The translations under genes and the position numbers were made by a program. Positions 1-11,786 of a stretch of 64,000 nucleotides of DNA are shown piece after piece; positions within the stretch are counted from its first letter, which is position 1; every line of letters starts with the position of its first letter. Where the stretch lies: the NCBI RefSeq assembly GCF_006345805.1, contig NC_043002.1, positions 35,464,001-35,528,000 on the forward strand, read 5' to 3'. This DNA comes from Octopus sinensis. Taxonomy: Eukaryota. The notes below the pieces were generated by a model. That model was not told the DNA's origin, did not search any database, and saw nothing but the letters and a program-made list of their open reading frames with translations.

Positions 1-183
1 CTCTCTTGCACACCGCAACTGATGCTTCTTAGGTCCAACTTCTCTCTCAAGGTACTTACACTCTGTCGAGTATGAACACTGACATTACACATCCATTGGA
101 GCATACTGGCTTCATTTCTTGCGAGCTTACGCATATCCTCAGCAGTCACGGCCCATGTTTCACTGCCATGTAGCATGGCTGTT

Positions 184-185
<2 letters not shown>
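1..185 (-). mobile_element. RTE-clade LINE fragment (post-RT C-terminal region)
   Basis: Minus translation TAMLHGSETWAVTAEDMRKLARNEASMLQWMCNVSVHTRQSVSTLREKL matches the RTE copy at ~11240-11410. Confidence 0.85.
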
Positions 186-262
<77 letters not shown>

Positions 263-269
263 TATATAT
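186..269. repeat. (TA)n microsatellite
   Basis: Directly visible dinucleotide run. Confidence 0.97.
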
Positions 270-571
270 CACGTGACTGACCAGGCTATCAGATGTTGCT
301 ACACATCGCTGGTCACAATGCGCTTCGCATTGTTTTAGCCTTCAAATGACGCCACCCCGCTGGCTAAGCGAGCAGTCCAACAGAAGAAAGAGTGAGAGAA
401 GGTTGTGACGAAAGAGAACAGCAGGGATTGCCACCATCCCCCTGCTGGAGCCTCGTGGAGCTTTAGGTATTTTCGCTCAATAAACACTCACAATGCCTGG
501 TCTGGGAATTGAAACCGCGATCCTATGACTGCGAGTCCGCTGCCCTAACCACTAGGCCATTGCGCCTCCAC
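270..571 (-). mobile_element. tRNA-derived SINE (octopus OR-type candidate)
   Basis: Minus 5' end GTGGAGGCGCAATGGCCTAGTGGTTAGGGCAGCGGACTCGCAGTC...GGTTTCAATTCCC has Pol III A- and B-box-like motifs and a tRNA-like head; microsatellites on both sides. Confidence 0.75.
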
Positions 572-596
572 ATACACACATATGTATGTATGTATG

Positions 597-664
<68 letters not shown>
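572..664. repeat. (CA)/(TATG)/(TA)n compound microsatellite
   Basis: Directly visible. Confidence 0.95.
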
Positions 665-669
<5 letters not shown>

Positions 670-1432
670 ATCTTGTGGTACCAGTGCCTGTGGCACACAA
701 GAAATCCATCAGTGCTGTAGTCAGTGCGGTGGGCACATGACAAACACCATCCGATCGTGGCCGTTCGCCAGCCTCATCTAGCACCTGTGTCGGTGGCACA
801 TAAAAACACCATCCGAAGACCCGGCAAGACTAGTCAGGCCATAACCCATGGCCCCTACCTGGGACGTAGTCAGTCCACCTGTGCATACCTTCCTTCTTGT
901 GACACTTGTGAAGACCTGTTGAGGCAAGTGAAAATCAAATCAAAACAAATCAAAATAGATGAACATCAATGGAATTTGTATCTTTGTGGTACCAGTGCCG
1001 GTGGCACGTGGCACACAATAAAACCATCCGAACGTGGCCGTAGCCAGTACCGCATCGACTGGCCTCCGTGCTGTGGGCACGTAACAAGCACCATCCGATC
1101 GTGGCCGTTTGCCAGCCTCATCTGGCACCTGTGTCGGTGGCACATAAAAACAACCTCCGAGCGTGGCCGTCTGCCAGCCTCGTCTGGCACCTGTGTCGGT
1201 GGCACATAAAAAACACCATCCGAGCGTGGCCGTTTGCCAGCCTCGTCTGGCACCTGTGTCGGTGGCACATAAAATCACCCACTACACTCTCGGAGTGGTT
1301 GGCGTTAGGAAGGGCATCCAGCTGTAGAAACACTGCCAGATCTGACTGGACTGGTGCAGCTTTCGGGCTCCCCAGACCCCAGTTGAACCGTCCAACCCAT
1401 GCTAGCATGGAAAGCGGACGTTAAATGATGAT
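665..1432 (+). mobile_element. RTE LINE 3' end (ORF end, 3' UTR with 62-63 bp tandem units, conserved tail), preceded by a partial duplicate of the array
   Basis: GTGGCAC anchors at 1001, ~1073, 1137, 1199, 1262; tail GGAGTGGTTGGCGTTAGGAAGGGCATCCAGCTGTAGAAAC...GGACGTTAAATGATGA is homologous to 12620-12779. Confidence 0.85.
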
Positions 1433-1546
<114 letters not shown>

Positions 1547-1815
1547 CACACATACACGTAAGACACTAGTGGTAATGACTGGGAGTATCCAGTACAGTCA
1601 GTAGACCATAATAAGTTTCCATGACCAAAAGCATTAGCTGTGTCTAATTCAGGTTCTGAATTAGCAAACTGCTGCAGATGGTTGTATGATAGTACAATAA
1701 GAAACCAATTATTATTTGTACTACCATTAAAATAGTCTGAAGATTTGTATTAGTGCAAAAACTTCATTAGCCTCACCTTATGGTTTTGAACAATTGAACA
1801 AAAGATATCTGTCTA

Positions 1816-1872
1816 TCAATATATAAATAAATAAATAAATATATAAATAAATAAATATATATATATATATAC

Positions 1873-1936
<64 letters not shown>

Positions 1937-1947
1937 ACACACACACA
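1816..1947. repeat. (TAAA)/(TA)/(CA) compound microsatellite
   Basis: Directly visible. Confidence 0.95.
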
Positions 1948-2035
1948 TAGGTGTAGATGTGGTTGTGTGATAAGAAGTTTGCCTTCCAACCATATGGTTG
2001 TGGGTTCAATTCCAATGCATGGCACCTTGGGCATA
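1948..2035 (+). mobile_element. SINE head fragment (family B)
   Basis: GGTTGTGTGATAAGAAGTTTGCCTTCCAACCATATGGTTGTGGGTTCAATTCC is homologous to ~20440-20520 and (reverse) ~29970-30040. Confidence 0.7.
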
Positions 2036-2825
2036 ACATAGTTATACATTATGTATGTATATTATATATACTAGCAGGAAGACTGCCCTCCAGGTGGTTT
2101 TCTGCTGGTTGTCTGCTTATATTAGAGAGACTCTGTATGTGTATGTGTATGAGGGGGAGAGAGAACGTTGCAAACAATGAATGAAATAAACATGAAGTGA
2201 AAAATATCGTATAAAAAAAGCTCAAGAGCCTTTAGAAATGCCAAGATGAACAGCTGGGTTTCTTTGTTAATTTCCATAAAATTTTTTTTATTTATTTACT
2301 TTTGTTTTAAAGTGAAAGAGAGGAGAAAGTGAAAGATATATGAACATTTATATGAAATGGAGGTTTGTGTGTGTGAGAGAGAGAGAGAGTGCCACTTAGA
2401 CATCACTCTCTGTCTCACATACACACACACATGTGCACATGTACATATAAAAATTATGTATGCATATGTATTTATGTATGAACATATACAGGACAACAGA
2501 TCCCTTTACTCACTCTCTCTCTCTCTCTCTCTCTCTCTTTCACACACACACACACACACACATACTTAAATGTATAGAAATGTACATACAAAAACACATG
2601 TGGTGCATGTATTACTGACTACAAATACATGGAGCTGAATATGGTGTGCAAAAAGTAAATAAATAAATAAAAATTTATGGAAATAAACAAAGTGTGCATG
2701 TTCAAGCGAAAGAATGCCAAACTATCTTGTGCCAAATATTTAAATTTGTGAACTTGAAAGATTCAATAATGAAAAGAAGTTCAGAAAGTAAAGTTTCCTG
2801 AAAACTTCAATTTATAAAAAATTTT

Positions 2826-3424
2826 GGATCTTTACCTTTTGACCTACAGATTTAAAAGATAATTTTTGTAACTAAATACTTTCAAACTTCAGATACTGGT
2901 AGAATGTGTCATCTTTTACTCTTAGCATTTTTGAGAAAAACTTATATTTATGAAGTTACTTCATGTTCAAGTTCTCGTATTTCGGTAATTTCAATCAATC
3001 AATGACGTGTATTCAGCTGAATAAAATTACTGCTGTTGTTTGTCAACAACAACTATCGGCAGTGAATTTTTCGTTTGTCACTGTTATCTATGACATTGTT
3101 CGTGCGTTTGTACTGGTTTTAAGGTTTTAGGGTTAGGGTTAGGGTTGTCATAAATAACAGTGACAAACGAAAAATACACTGCCAGAAGTTCTTGTTGACA
3201 AGCAACAGCAGTAATTTTATTCAGTTGCATACACGTAATTGATTGGTTGAAATTACTGAAATACGAGAACTTTAACGTGAAATAACTTCGTAAATATAAG
3301 TTTTTCTCAAAAATGCTAGGAGTAAAAGATGTTTTATATGACACATTCTACTAAGTGTCCAAAGTTTGAAAGTGTTTAGTTACAAAAATTATTTTTTAAA
3401 TCTGTAGGTCAAAAGGTAAAGCCC
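2826..3424. mobile_element. Foldback MITE with ~270-bp inverted arms and a central (TTAGGG)3 spacer
   Basis: Arm 2826-3095 is the reverse complement of 3146-3424 (e.g. CTTTACCTTTTGACCTACAGATTTAAAA / TTTTAAATCTGTAGGTCAAAAGGTAAAG); TTAGGG x3 at 3127-3144. Confidence 0.85.
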
Positions 3425-4079
3425 AAAATGTCACTTGCTTAGCAAATATTTCTTTCAGTAATTTACCATAATTGTAATATATCTGTAATTTAAAGAAACT
3501 TCAAGGTAACCCTAGCATGTTTAGCATACTAGAAATAACAGTGATCACATAGTTATTATTGTAAAGCTTATAGCATTCCAAACAGCCATACCAACAAAAT
3601 CACTTCATAATTTTTAAAAATAAAATCATACCAATATACTATATGATGGAAGCTTTAAAGTTATACAGATATTTTGTCTAATGACATTCATTCAATAAAT
3701 AATTTTTTTACATTATGTATATAGAATAAACTGGGTTTTGCAAATAGTAAATTAAAACTTGAAATGAATATATATTAAATTATCATTCATGCAAATAGAT
3801 GCAAAAGAGAGTGAGAGAGTGTTGCATGTAAAAATGGAAAATTTTGCCTGCAATGAATTAATACTGTTTATTAAATCTACTCTGCAGTAAATGCAACGCA
3901 TATGTAAATTTCTGAAAAACTTGAAGTTCAAATATTCAATAAACTTCAGAAATTGAAATGACAGGAAATTTCTTGGAACATAAATTTATAAAAGAATTCC
4001 AGACAGTCAAGCCTTTAATAATTACTTTCTTTTAGTAACTGTTACATACCTAATTATAATTTTCTCCATTATAATATAG

Positions 4080-4084
<5 letters not shown>

Positions 4085-4149
<65 letters not shown>

Positions 4150-4155
4150 CAGATA
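4085..4155. repeat. (TA)n-(GATA)n microsatellite
   Basis: Directly visible. Confidence 0.95.
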
Positions 4156-4159
4156 CTTG

Positions 4160-4955
4160 AAATTTACAGTAAAACAAAAGACGAAGACAGGTGTATAAAC
4201 AACAAACAGGTGTATTAGTTTAATGCTCGGGAAGGTGAGAAAGTCTTTTATGTTTCGAGCCTACACTCTTCAACAAAAAGGAATATGAGGAAATTAACAG
4301 AGGAAGAATAAAAAAACTTTTGGAGCCAGCGATCAATCATGGCGGCTGGCTGGACAAAGGTAGTTACACAGGAGAGCTAAGAAGGAGGGGGGATAATAAA
4401 GTATTGGTGATCCCAAAACGAAGGTGTGAGTGCATGTGTTTGTGAGTGTGTGTGCGTGTGTGTGGATAGGGGATGGTGACTTTGATATGTGGATGTGTGT
4501 GTATGTAAGTGGGTGCGTGGATGATGGTATGGGTGCTGGGAAGTGGTCAGTGCTAGTGTGTGCCGGGTGGTGTGATGTGGTGGTGTGTGGTGTGGTGTTG
4601 GGGTGTGGGGATGCGAGGGTGAGGATGTGGGGGGTAAGGGTAGGGTATGTGGGAGTGGGATGTGTAGGGGTGGGGTGTGGATGGAGAGGATATCGATGAA
4701 GGGAGAAGGTGGATAGGAGTAAAGAGAGGAAGTAGGTGTGAGATGAAGAGGGGAGAGGAGGAGAGTTGAGCCCATATAGCACAAAGGAGCAAAGAGAGAA
4801 GATTAATTCCTGTTCATGGCGAAGACAGGAGTCTGGATGGCCCCTATGCAAAGACAATCCGAACATAGACAGGTGTTGTAATGAATGACCGGTAGAGCGG
4901 AAATGACATGGATCTAATGTCTCAGAGGTGGTAAGTGAACTGGTCAGCCATAATT
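4160..4955 (-). mobile_element. Penelope-like element fragment (GIY-YIG endonuclease C-terminus, C-rich low-complexity tract, terminal region)
   Basis: Minus 4955-4765 encodes MADQFTYHL*DIR..HFRSTGHSLQHLSMFGLSLHRGHPDSCLRHEQELIFSLCSFVLYGLN, typical of the PLE GIY-YIG C-terminus; degenerate hammerhead-like motif at 4245-4281. Confidence 0.7.
4245..4281 (-). ncRNA. Degenerate minimal hammerhead ribozyme relic
   Basis: CCTTT TTGTTGA A GAGT-GTAG-GCTC GAAACAT AAAAG: core-like layout but with C3 and stem-III changes, likely inactive. Confidence 0.4.
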
Positions 4956-5039
4956 ACCTTTATCTAATTACTCTACTGCTCTACAGCTTAGAGTGTGCTT
5001 CTCTTTCGGATTTATGATTTACTGACAATATGTGTGTGT

Positions 5040-5270
5040 GTGTGTGTGTATTTGTGTTTGTCCTCCACCCCACCCCCACATACACACACACACTGCTTGA
5101 CAATCGGTGATGCTTCATTTACATCCCCATAACTTAGTGGTCTGGCAAAAATGACTAATGGAATAAATATCAAACTTTAAAAAAAAAAAATTACTGCTTA
5201 ACTGAACCCTTTAAGGCAGTGCTCCAGCCTGGTTGCAGTCTGATAACAGAAATAAGTAAATGACAAAAGA
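5040..5270 (+). mobile_element. SINE 3' module (family C)
   Basis: TGTGTTTGTCC...AACTTAGTGG...AAGGCAGTGCTCCAGC...GCAGTC is homologous to ~20870-21090. Confidence 0.65.
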
Positions 5271-5496
5271 AATATAAAACAGTCTTTTCAGATAGCTCCA
5301 GGGTACAGCAATTTTTGAGCTGACATTCTTTTACATGTAGAAAGTGATTACACATACTAAAGAATGAGGAGTCTGGTAGATGTAAAAAAGAAAGGAGCAA
5401 ATTCAGTAAGTATCAACTGAAGATTATTTTCACTAGTAAGATGACATCAGACCAGCCTAAAACTATAATAAAACTACCAAACTAGAAAATACTTAC

Positions 5497-5590
5497 TAAG
5501 AATTAGTGCAAGTATAGGAAATCTGTCACAACCAAAAATCATCTTCTCCTCATTGTTGACATGAGCAACTATGGCTGGGAGACCAAATGC
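5497..5590 (-). CDS. GSTK1: Glutathione S-transferase kappa 1, coding exon 7 (94 bp)
   Basis: AG|GCATTTGGT...CTTA|GTAAGT; AFGLPAIVAHVNNEEKMIFGCDRFPILALIL aligns with the GSTK1 AFGLP..FGSDR segment; phase 0 to 1. Confidence 0.95.
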
Positions 5591-5759
5591 CTATTAAAAA
5601 TGGTTGAGGGAAACAATTAGTAAAAAGAAGAATTTAGCCATGTTTTACTCAGAATTTTGGATGCTGAAAAAATATTATCTGTCAAAATATAATCAATTAC
5701 TTACCTTAGTCAATGTGTCAATATTTTAATACAAATTTAAACAACCCAGAAAAAAGTAT

Positions 5760-6910
5760 TGTTCTTATATCTGAATCACTACTAGAACTAGAGAAGTTTC
5801 ATGTGTGGAAGCAAGGTCTAGAATCGAAGGGCCTTAGAGTTAACCTAGCAGAAACCAAAGTCTTTGTAATTAGAAAAGCAGACAAATTACAAATTCCTTC
5901 AAGTAGATGGTCTTGTTGGGGTGGATGCTCCGAGAGCATAGCAGCTAGAATAAGAATAGGCTGGGCAAAGTTCAGAGAGCTCCTGTCTCTGCTGGTAACA
6001 AAGGGCCTCTTACTTAGAGTGAAAGTCAGACTATGATGCTTGTGTGTGAACAGGCATGCTACACAGCAGTGAAACATGGGCTGTGACTGCTGAGAACATG
6101 AGTAGGCTTGTAAGAAATGAAACTAGTATGCTTCGCTGGATTTGTAATGTCAGTGTGCATGCATGACAGAGTGTAGCATCCTGAGAGAAATGTTGGGCAT
6201 AAAAGACACCGGATACGGTGAGCAAGAGAGATGATTGTGCTGGTATGATCATGTGATGCATATGGGTGAAGATAGCGTTGCACTCTAATGGTGGAGGAAA
6301 CCTGTGGAAGAGGTAGACCCAGAAAGACATGGGATGAGGTGGTGAAGCATGATCTTTGAATGTTGGGCCTCATGGAGACAATGACAAGCAGCCGAGGCCT
6401 TTGGCAATATGCTGTGCTTGAGAAGACCCATCAAGCCAAGTGAGATCATAATCAGGATTGATACCAATGTCGTGTAACTGGCCTGTTAAAAGCACCCTTC
6501 AAACGTTGGGCAATATGCTATGCTTGTAAAGATCTGCTGAGCCAAGTGAAATCGTAGTCATGACCAATGCCAGTGCTGTCTGACTGGCACCTGTGCCAGT
6601 GACATGTAAAAAGCACCATTTGAGCATTGGGTTTTGTGGAGGCAGTGACAGGTGACCAAGACCTTTGGTGATATACTGTGCTAGTGGCACATAAGATGTA
6701 CCCACTACACTGTCAGAGTGATTGGCATTAGGAAAGGCATCTAGCCATAGAGACCTTGCCAAATCAAATTGGAATCTGGTGCCACTCTCCAGCTTACCAG
6801 TTTTCAGTCAAAATGTTCAACTCATGCCTGCATGGAAAACGGACATGAAATGATGATGATGGTGATGGTGATGATGATGATGATAATGATGATGATGAAG
6901 AAGATGACAA
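5760..6910 (+). mobile_element. Degraded, internally deleted RTE LINE 3' portion with (GAT)n tail
   Basis: ESLLELEKFHVWKQGLESKGLRVNL..GGCSESIAARIRIGWAKFRELL; one hairpin unit (TGCCAGT-gctgtctg-ACTGGCA) and a GATGAT tail at ~6850-6900. Confidence 0.85.
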
Positions 6911-7183
6911 TTTCTCAATTCATGCACATACATTAGGCTGAAATCTAACGACGACGACCAGTGTGCTATGTCAGTGTGCATTTGGCAGCTCTAATTTGCC
7001 TGACTGACCTTATACTGTAACCACTCATATTCTATATTTGATCAAAAAAAAAAAAAAAGTATCTGACCATAAATCAAATTAATTTTTGCACACTAGGAGA
7101 AACACTGCTTTTGCACTCCTATGTTTGAGTTTTACTCTAAGTTTAGACTACTCAAAAGGGACACAGTACGAAAGGTGATCCCA

Positions 7184-7644
7184 TCTTATAATAATTTTAC
7201 TTGTTCCTTCATCACTTAGCTCATCCATAACGCTTCCACATGATTAGCTGAAGGGAGTAGGTGGGAGGGAAAGGGGAGTTTTTTTTAACTAAGTTGTTTC
7301 TTGTCTGTTACCTAGCCCATCTGTAACACTTTTATGTAATTAGTTAAAGGGAAAGGCGAAGAGCGAAAAAAAAAGGAGAGAAAAAGAGAATAAGGTGAAG
7401 AATGAGAGAGAAAGAGGGAGAATGCTGTGTATTGAGTCTATAAAATTGTACATAAAGCATATAAAGTGCATTAAGTAATCATTGGATTCTAGTTTCCTTC
7501 ACTTTTCAGTGATTAGTAAATGAGCAACTACCTTTTGTTACAGACACAAATCAGGCTATGCTTCCAGAATTTCTGGATAAAGTTTTCAAAAATAACCCAG
7601 TAAGTTTACCATTAATGCTGTGAAATATTCAGAAGTCCTGCTAG
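7184..7644 (+). mobile_element. Non-autonomous Helitron (family 2)
   Basis: A|TCTTATAATAATTTT start and CCTGCTAG|T end, no TSD; homologous end to end with 43189-43600. Confidence 0.75.
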
Positions 7645-7659
7645 TGAGAATTAGTGTGA

Positions 7660-9160
7660 AAAAAAAGGGGTTACTCCAAGTGGATCCAACATAGGGGTTA
7701 ACTGCTATACAGATGAAAGGACTATTAAGGAGATGAAGATAGAAGTCGCAGGACCATCAAATATAGCTGCCAGGCTGTTGAAAATATTCAACAAAGTATG
7801 ATATGAGTTAGTTACTCACATAATTATAATCAGGTAGTGTTATGCTGGCAAAATAGTAGTATTGTGAACTACTCCAAAAACAAAGGAGAAGCATTAGAAA
7901 TAAGTAACTCCAGAATGATTTAACTGATGAATCAGGCCTTGAAAGTGGTTGAAGTTTATAGCAAAGCTAATCAGAGAGAACCAGCTTAGATGAAGTGTGG
8001 TTTGGTTTGTGCCAGGACATAGAACCACCAATGTCCTCTTCTTAGTGAGGCAACTACAAGAAAAATTCTAAGCCAATAACAAAACCATTGTACTTTGTAT
8101 ATCTTGACTCTGAGAAAGCCTTTAACAGGCTTTTTTAGTTAAGTATATTATGCTTGGTATACTAGTGATCACTAGGAAAACTGAGAGTAGAGAAATCATT
8201 TGTAAGATTTGTACAGGCTGTGTACAGTGATACTGTCAATAAAGTGAAAGTTAGTAAGTTACTGGTAAGGAATTTAACTGCAAACAGATGTTCATCAAAC
8301 ATTGGTTTCAGCAATATCCTGTTTATGATAGTTACCAAGATCACAGTCAATGGTGGCTTGTGTATAGGAACTGTGGAACTGCATTCCTATTTACACTTGA
8401 TATTATAAATAACATTCAATATAACGAGTCCTTTTTTTAAAATTCTTTCTTTATACTTGTATATTATATAATCTTTAAGCTTAATGTCAGTAGCCATCCC
8501 CTAGTTTATGAAAAAATTACAAAAATCTTTGTATAGAACTGTTCCAGTGATGTGGTGTTTGGCTGTTGTGCACATGCTTACATGTCTGAGATAGGGAGCT
8601 TCACACAAGGGAAAGAGAGAGTAGTGTGTGGACAACAGTGCTGGGTGAACAGTAGAGTTTCTTTTTGACTTCACGTCTGTTGTGCTTAAAAATGTGTTAT
8701 AAAGTGTAGAATTAGATTATTATCCTGCTTCCAGCTTCAGTGTTGCTGCCAGGATTTGAAAAATAGGGCACATTTCCCGACTTTATTTTGTGATTTAGGA
8801 GGGATTTTTGATAAATAAGGGGCAGCTCATGGTGGTGTGCAGTGAACAAATTAAACACACTACCTGACAGTGACTAAAATGCAAACTGATCAAGTTCATG
8901 TATAAATTTTCTTTTTATATGTTTCTTTTCTTTTACACAATATTAAAACAACAGCTAAAAATTTTCTGAAGCAGCACCCCAAATAATTTTATCTATGAGC
9001 TGCCACTGGTTATAGTAGAAAATTTTAAGACAGATTACTTAGGAGAACTCTTGTAAACAGATGATTTAGTTCTCATGGCCAAAACTCCAAACATGAAAGC
9101 AGAGCCTAAAAGTAAAAGTAAACCTAACAGAGACAAAATGATTATTTGGTAAAAAATGAT
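7660..9160 (+). mobile_element. Old RTE RT relic, interrupted at ~8347-9015
   Basis: Degenerate matches to the RT of the 9183-12779 element before and after the interruption (TTAGATGAAGTGTGGTTTGGTTTGTGCCAGG; GAGAAAGCCTTTAACAGG; GAACTCTTGTAAACAGATGATTTAG). Confidence 0.65.
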
Positions 9161-9838
9161 ACAGCTTAACAGCTATTTAGTGATGCATGTAACCTTTTAA
9201 TCTGCAACACTAACTTCAGGAAGCCTGACTGCCACCTTATAACCTATCAGTCAGGAGACTCCGCTAGCCAAATAGACTTCATCCTCACCAGACAGCGGGA
9301 TGCAGGGTCACTCTTAAATATAAAGACCCTCCCGGATGAAGAATGTATCCCTCAGCATAGGCTAATCATCAGTGACTTTAAGCTTGAGGCCAGAAGGACT
9401 CCAAGAAACAAACCAATCCAGAAAAGAAGGATTTGGAAGCTAAAGAACCCTTCACATGGGCAGAGATTTAGGGACATCCTCATCAAGAAATTTGATGAGA
9501 GGGCGGAGGAGCTTCAGACGTCGGACATAGAAGGTAGCTGGGAATTCCTACGGGACAGCTTGCTGAGTGCCACAGACCAAGTCTGTGGATGGTGCAAAGT
9601 CCCTTCCAGACCTAGAGTTACGTGGTGGTGGAATAGTGCAGTAGACAAAGCCATTAGTACAAAGAGACAGGCCTGGAAAGACTGGAGGGATGGGGGCAGT
9701 AGGGAACTGTACCAGGTAGCCAAAAGGGAGGCTGGGTAGCAGGTATACATAGCCAAAGATGTAGCAGAAAAGAAGTTTGCCAATGTCCTGCAACGTGAGG
9801 ACCAAAGAGCTGAGGTATTTCGGATTGCCAGACAGTGT

Positions 9839-11281
9839 GTGAGAGAAAATAGTGATGTTACAGGAGAGAAATGTGTCCGCATGGATGATGGGGCACTTGC
9901 TTTTAATGTTGGTGAAAAGAAAGAGGCTTGGAGAAGCCATTATGAAAGACTGCTGAATGTGGAGAATGAATGGGAGGAGGAGAGCCTGCCAAATGTTGAC
10001 CCAGTAGAGGGACCAGCTATCCGAATAGACAGCTCCCTTGTAGTTAAGGCAATTAAGGATATGAAAACAGGTAAAGCCCCCAGCCCATCAGGAATCACTG
10101 CTGGGATGCTTAAAACAGCTGGCTGTGTGGGCTATGGCCTAGTCACCCGCATTGTAAACCAGGTAGTTCACAATGGAGTCATACCCAATGACTGGCGTAG
10201 CAGCACCATAGTCAACTGCTACAAGGGTAAGGGTGATGCTCTAGATAGAAATAACTACAGGGGTATTAAACTGTTGGATCAGGTGATGAAGGTCACAGAG
10301 AGGGTCATAACCCATCTCATTAGGGAGAGAATTTGCTTAGATGAGATGCAGTTCGGTTTTGTGCCGGGTAGAAGCACCACTGATGCTATATTCCTGGTCC
10401 GACAACTGCAGGAGAAGTACCTAGCTAAAGATAAACCCCTCTACATAGCTTTTGTGGACTTGGAGAAAGCCTTTGACAGGGTTCCCCGATTCCTTATCTG
10501 GTGGTCGATGCGGAAACTGGAAATTGATGAATGGCTAATAAGGGCTGTACAGGCTCTATACAGAGAGGCTGTCAGCAAGGTTAGGATTGGCAACGAATAT
10601 AGTGAAGAATTCCGGGTAGAAGTAGGTGTACACCAAGGCTCAGCCCTCAGTCCCCTTTTATTCATCATAGTCCTCCAGGCAATAACAGAGGAATTCAAAA
10701 CAGGATGCCCCTGGGAGCTCCTCTATGCTGATGACCCGGCTCTCATAGCAGAATCACTACCGGAACTAGAAAAGAAATTTCAGGTGTGGAAGCAAGGGTT
10801 AGAATCAAAGGGCCTTAGAGTAAATGTAGCAAAGACCAAAGTTATAGTAAGCAGAAAGGCGAACTCAGCACACACACCCTCGGGCAGGTGGCCCTGCTCG
10901 ATCTGTAGGAAAGGTGTAGGTAGAAACTCCATAAGATGCACCCAATGTAAGCTATGGACGCATAAGAGGTGCAGCAACATCAAAGGGAAATTAACTGATA
11001 AGATAGACACCACAGACACTCAGAAAACAGATTTCATCACACTCCAGGGGGAGAAACTAGAAGTAGTTGATAGTTTCCGCTACCTGGGTGACCAACTTAG
11101 TAGTGGAGGTGGATGCTCAGAGAGTATCACTACTAGAATACGAATAGCCTGGGCAAAGTTCAGAAAGCTCCTACCCCTACTGGCGACAAAGGGTCTCTCG
11201 CTCAGAGTGAAAGGTAGATTGTATGATGCATGTGTGCGAACTGCCATGCTTCACGGCTGTGACTGCAGAGGAGATGTGTAG
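9839..11281 (+). pseudogene. Reverse transcriptase ORF remnant of the RTE LINE (480 aa in track)
   Basis: ORF track translation carries all non-LTR RT motifs; bounded by an upstream nonsense codon and a downstream frameshift. Confidence 0.9.
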
Positions 11282-11786
11282 ACTTGAAAGAAATGAAGCT
11301 AGCATGATCCGCTGGATGTGTAATGTCAGTGTGCACGCACGACAGAGTGTAAGCACCCTGAGAGAAATGCTGGACATAAGAAGCATCAGATGTGGTGTGC
11401 AAGAGCGACGCTTGCGATGGTATGGTCATGTACTGCGGATGGATGAGGAGAGATGTGTGAAGAAGTGCCACTCCCAAACAGTTGAAGGTATCAGGGGGAG
11501 AGGTAGACCCAGGAAGACATGGGATGAGGTAGTCAAGCATGACCTCAGAGCGTTGGGCCTCACTGAGGCAATGGAGAAGGACCGAGATCTCTGGAGATAT
11601 GCTGTGACTGCAAAGACCCGCGCTGCTTCCTGCACCAGTTCTGCATAGCCCCCTGCCCATTCAAAGTACCCTGGATCCCGGAACGTCTCGCTGTGCTTGA
11701 GGAGACCTGTTGAGTCAAGTACATGAACATGAACATCGAAATAAATATAAATATCAATGGAAATAGTAGTTGTGATACCTGTGCTG

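Noticed and set aside
270-571. Genuine tRNA gene
   Set aside because: The tRNA-like head continues into a SINE body and lacks a complete acceptor stem and terminator
2072-2120. Possible further Helitron 3' end (CCTGCTAG|T on minus)
   Set aside because: Weak hairpin, no identifiable 5' end and no second copy
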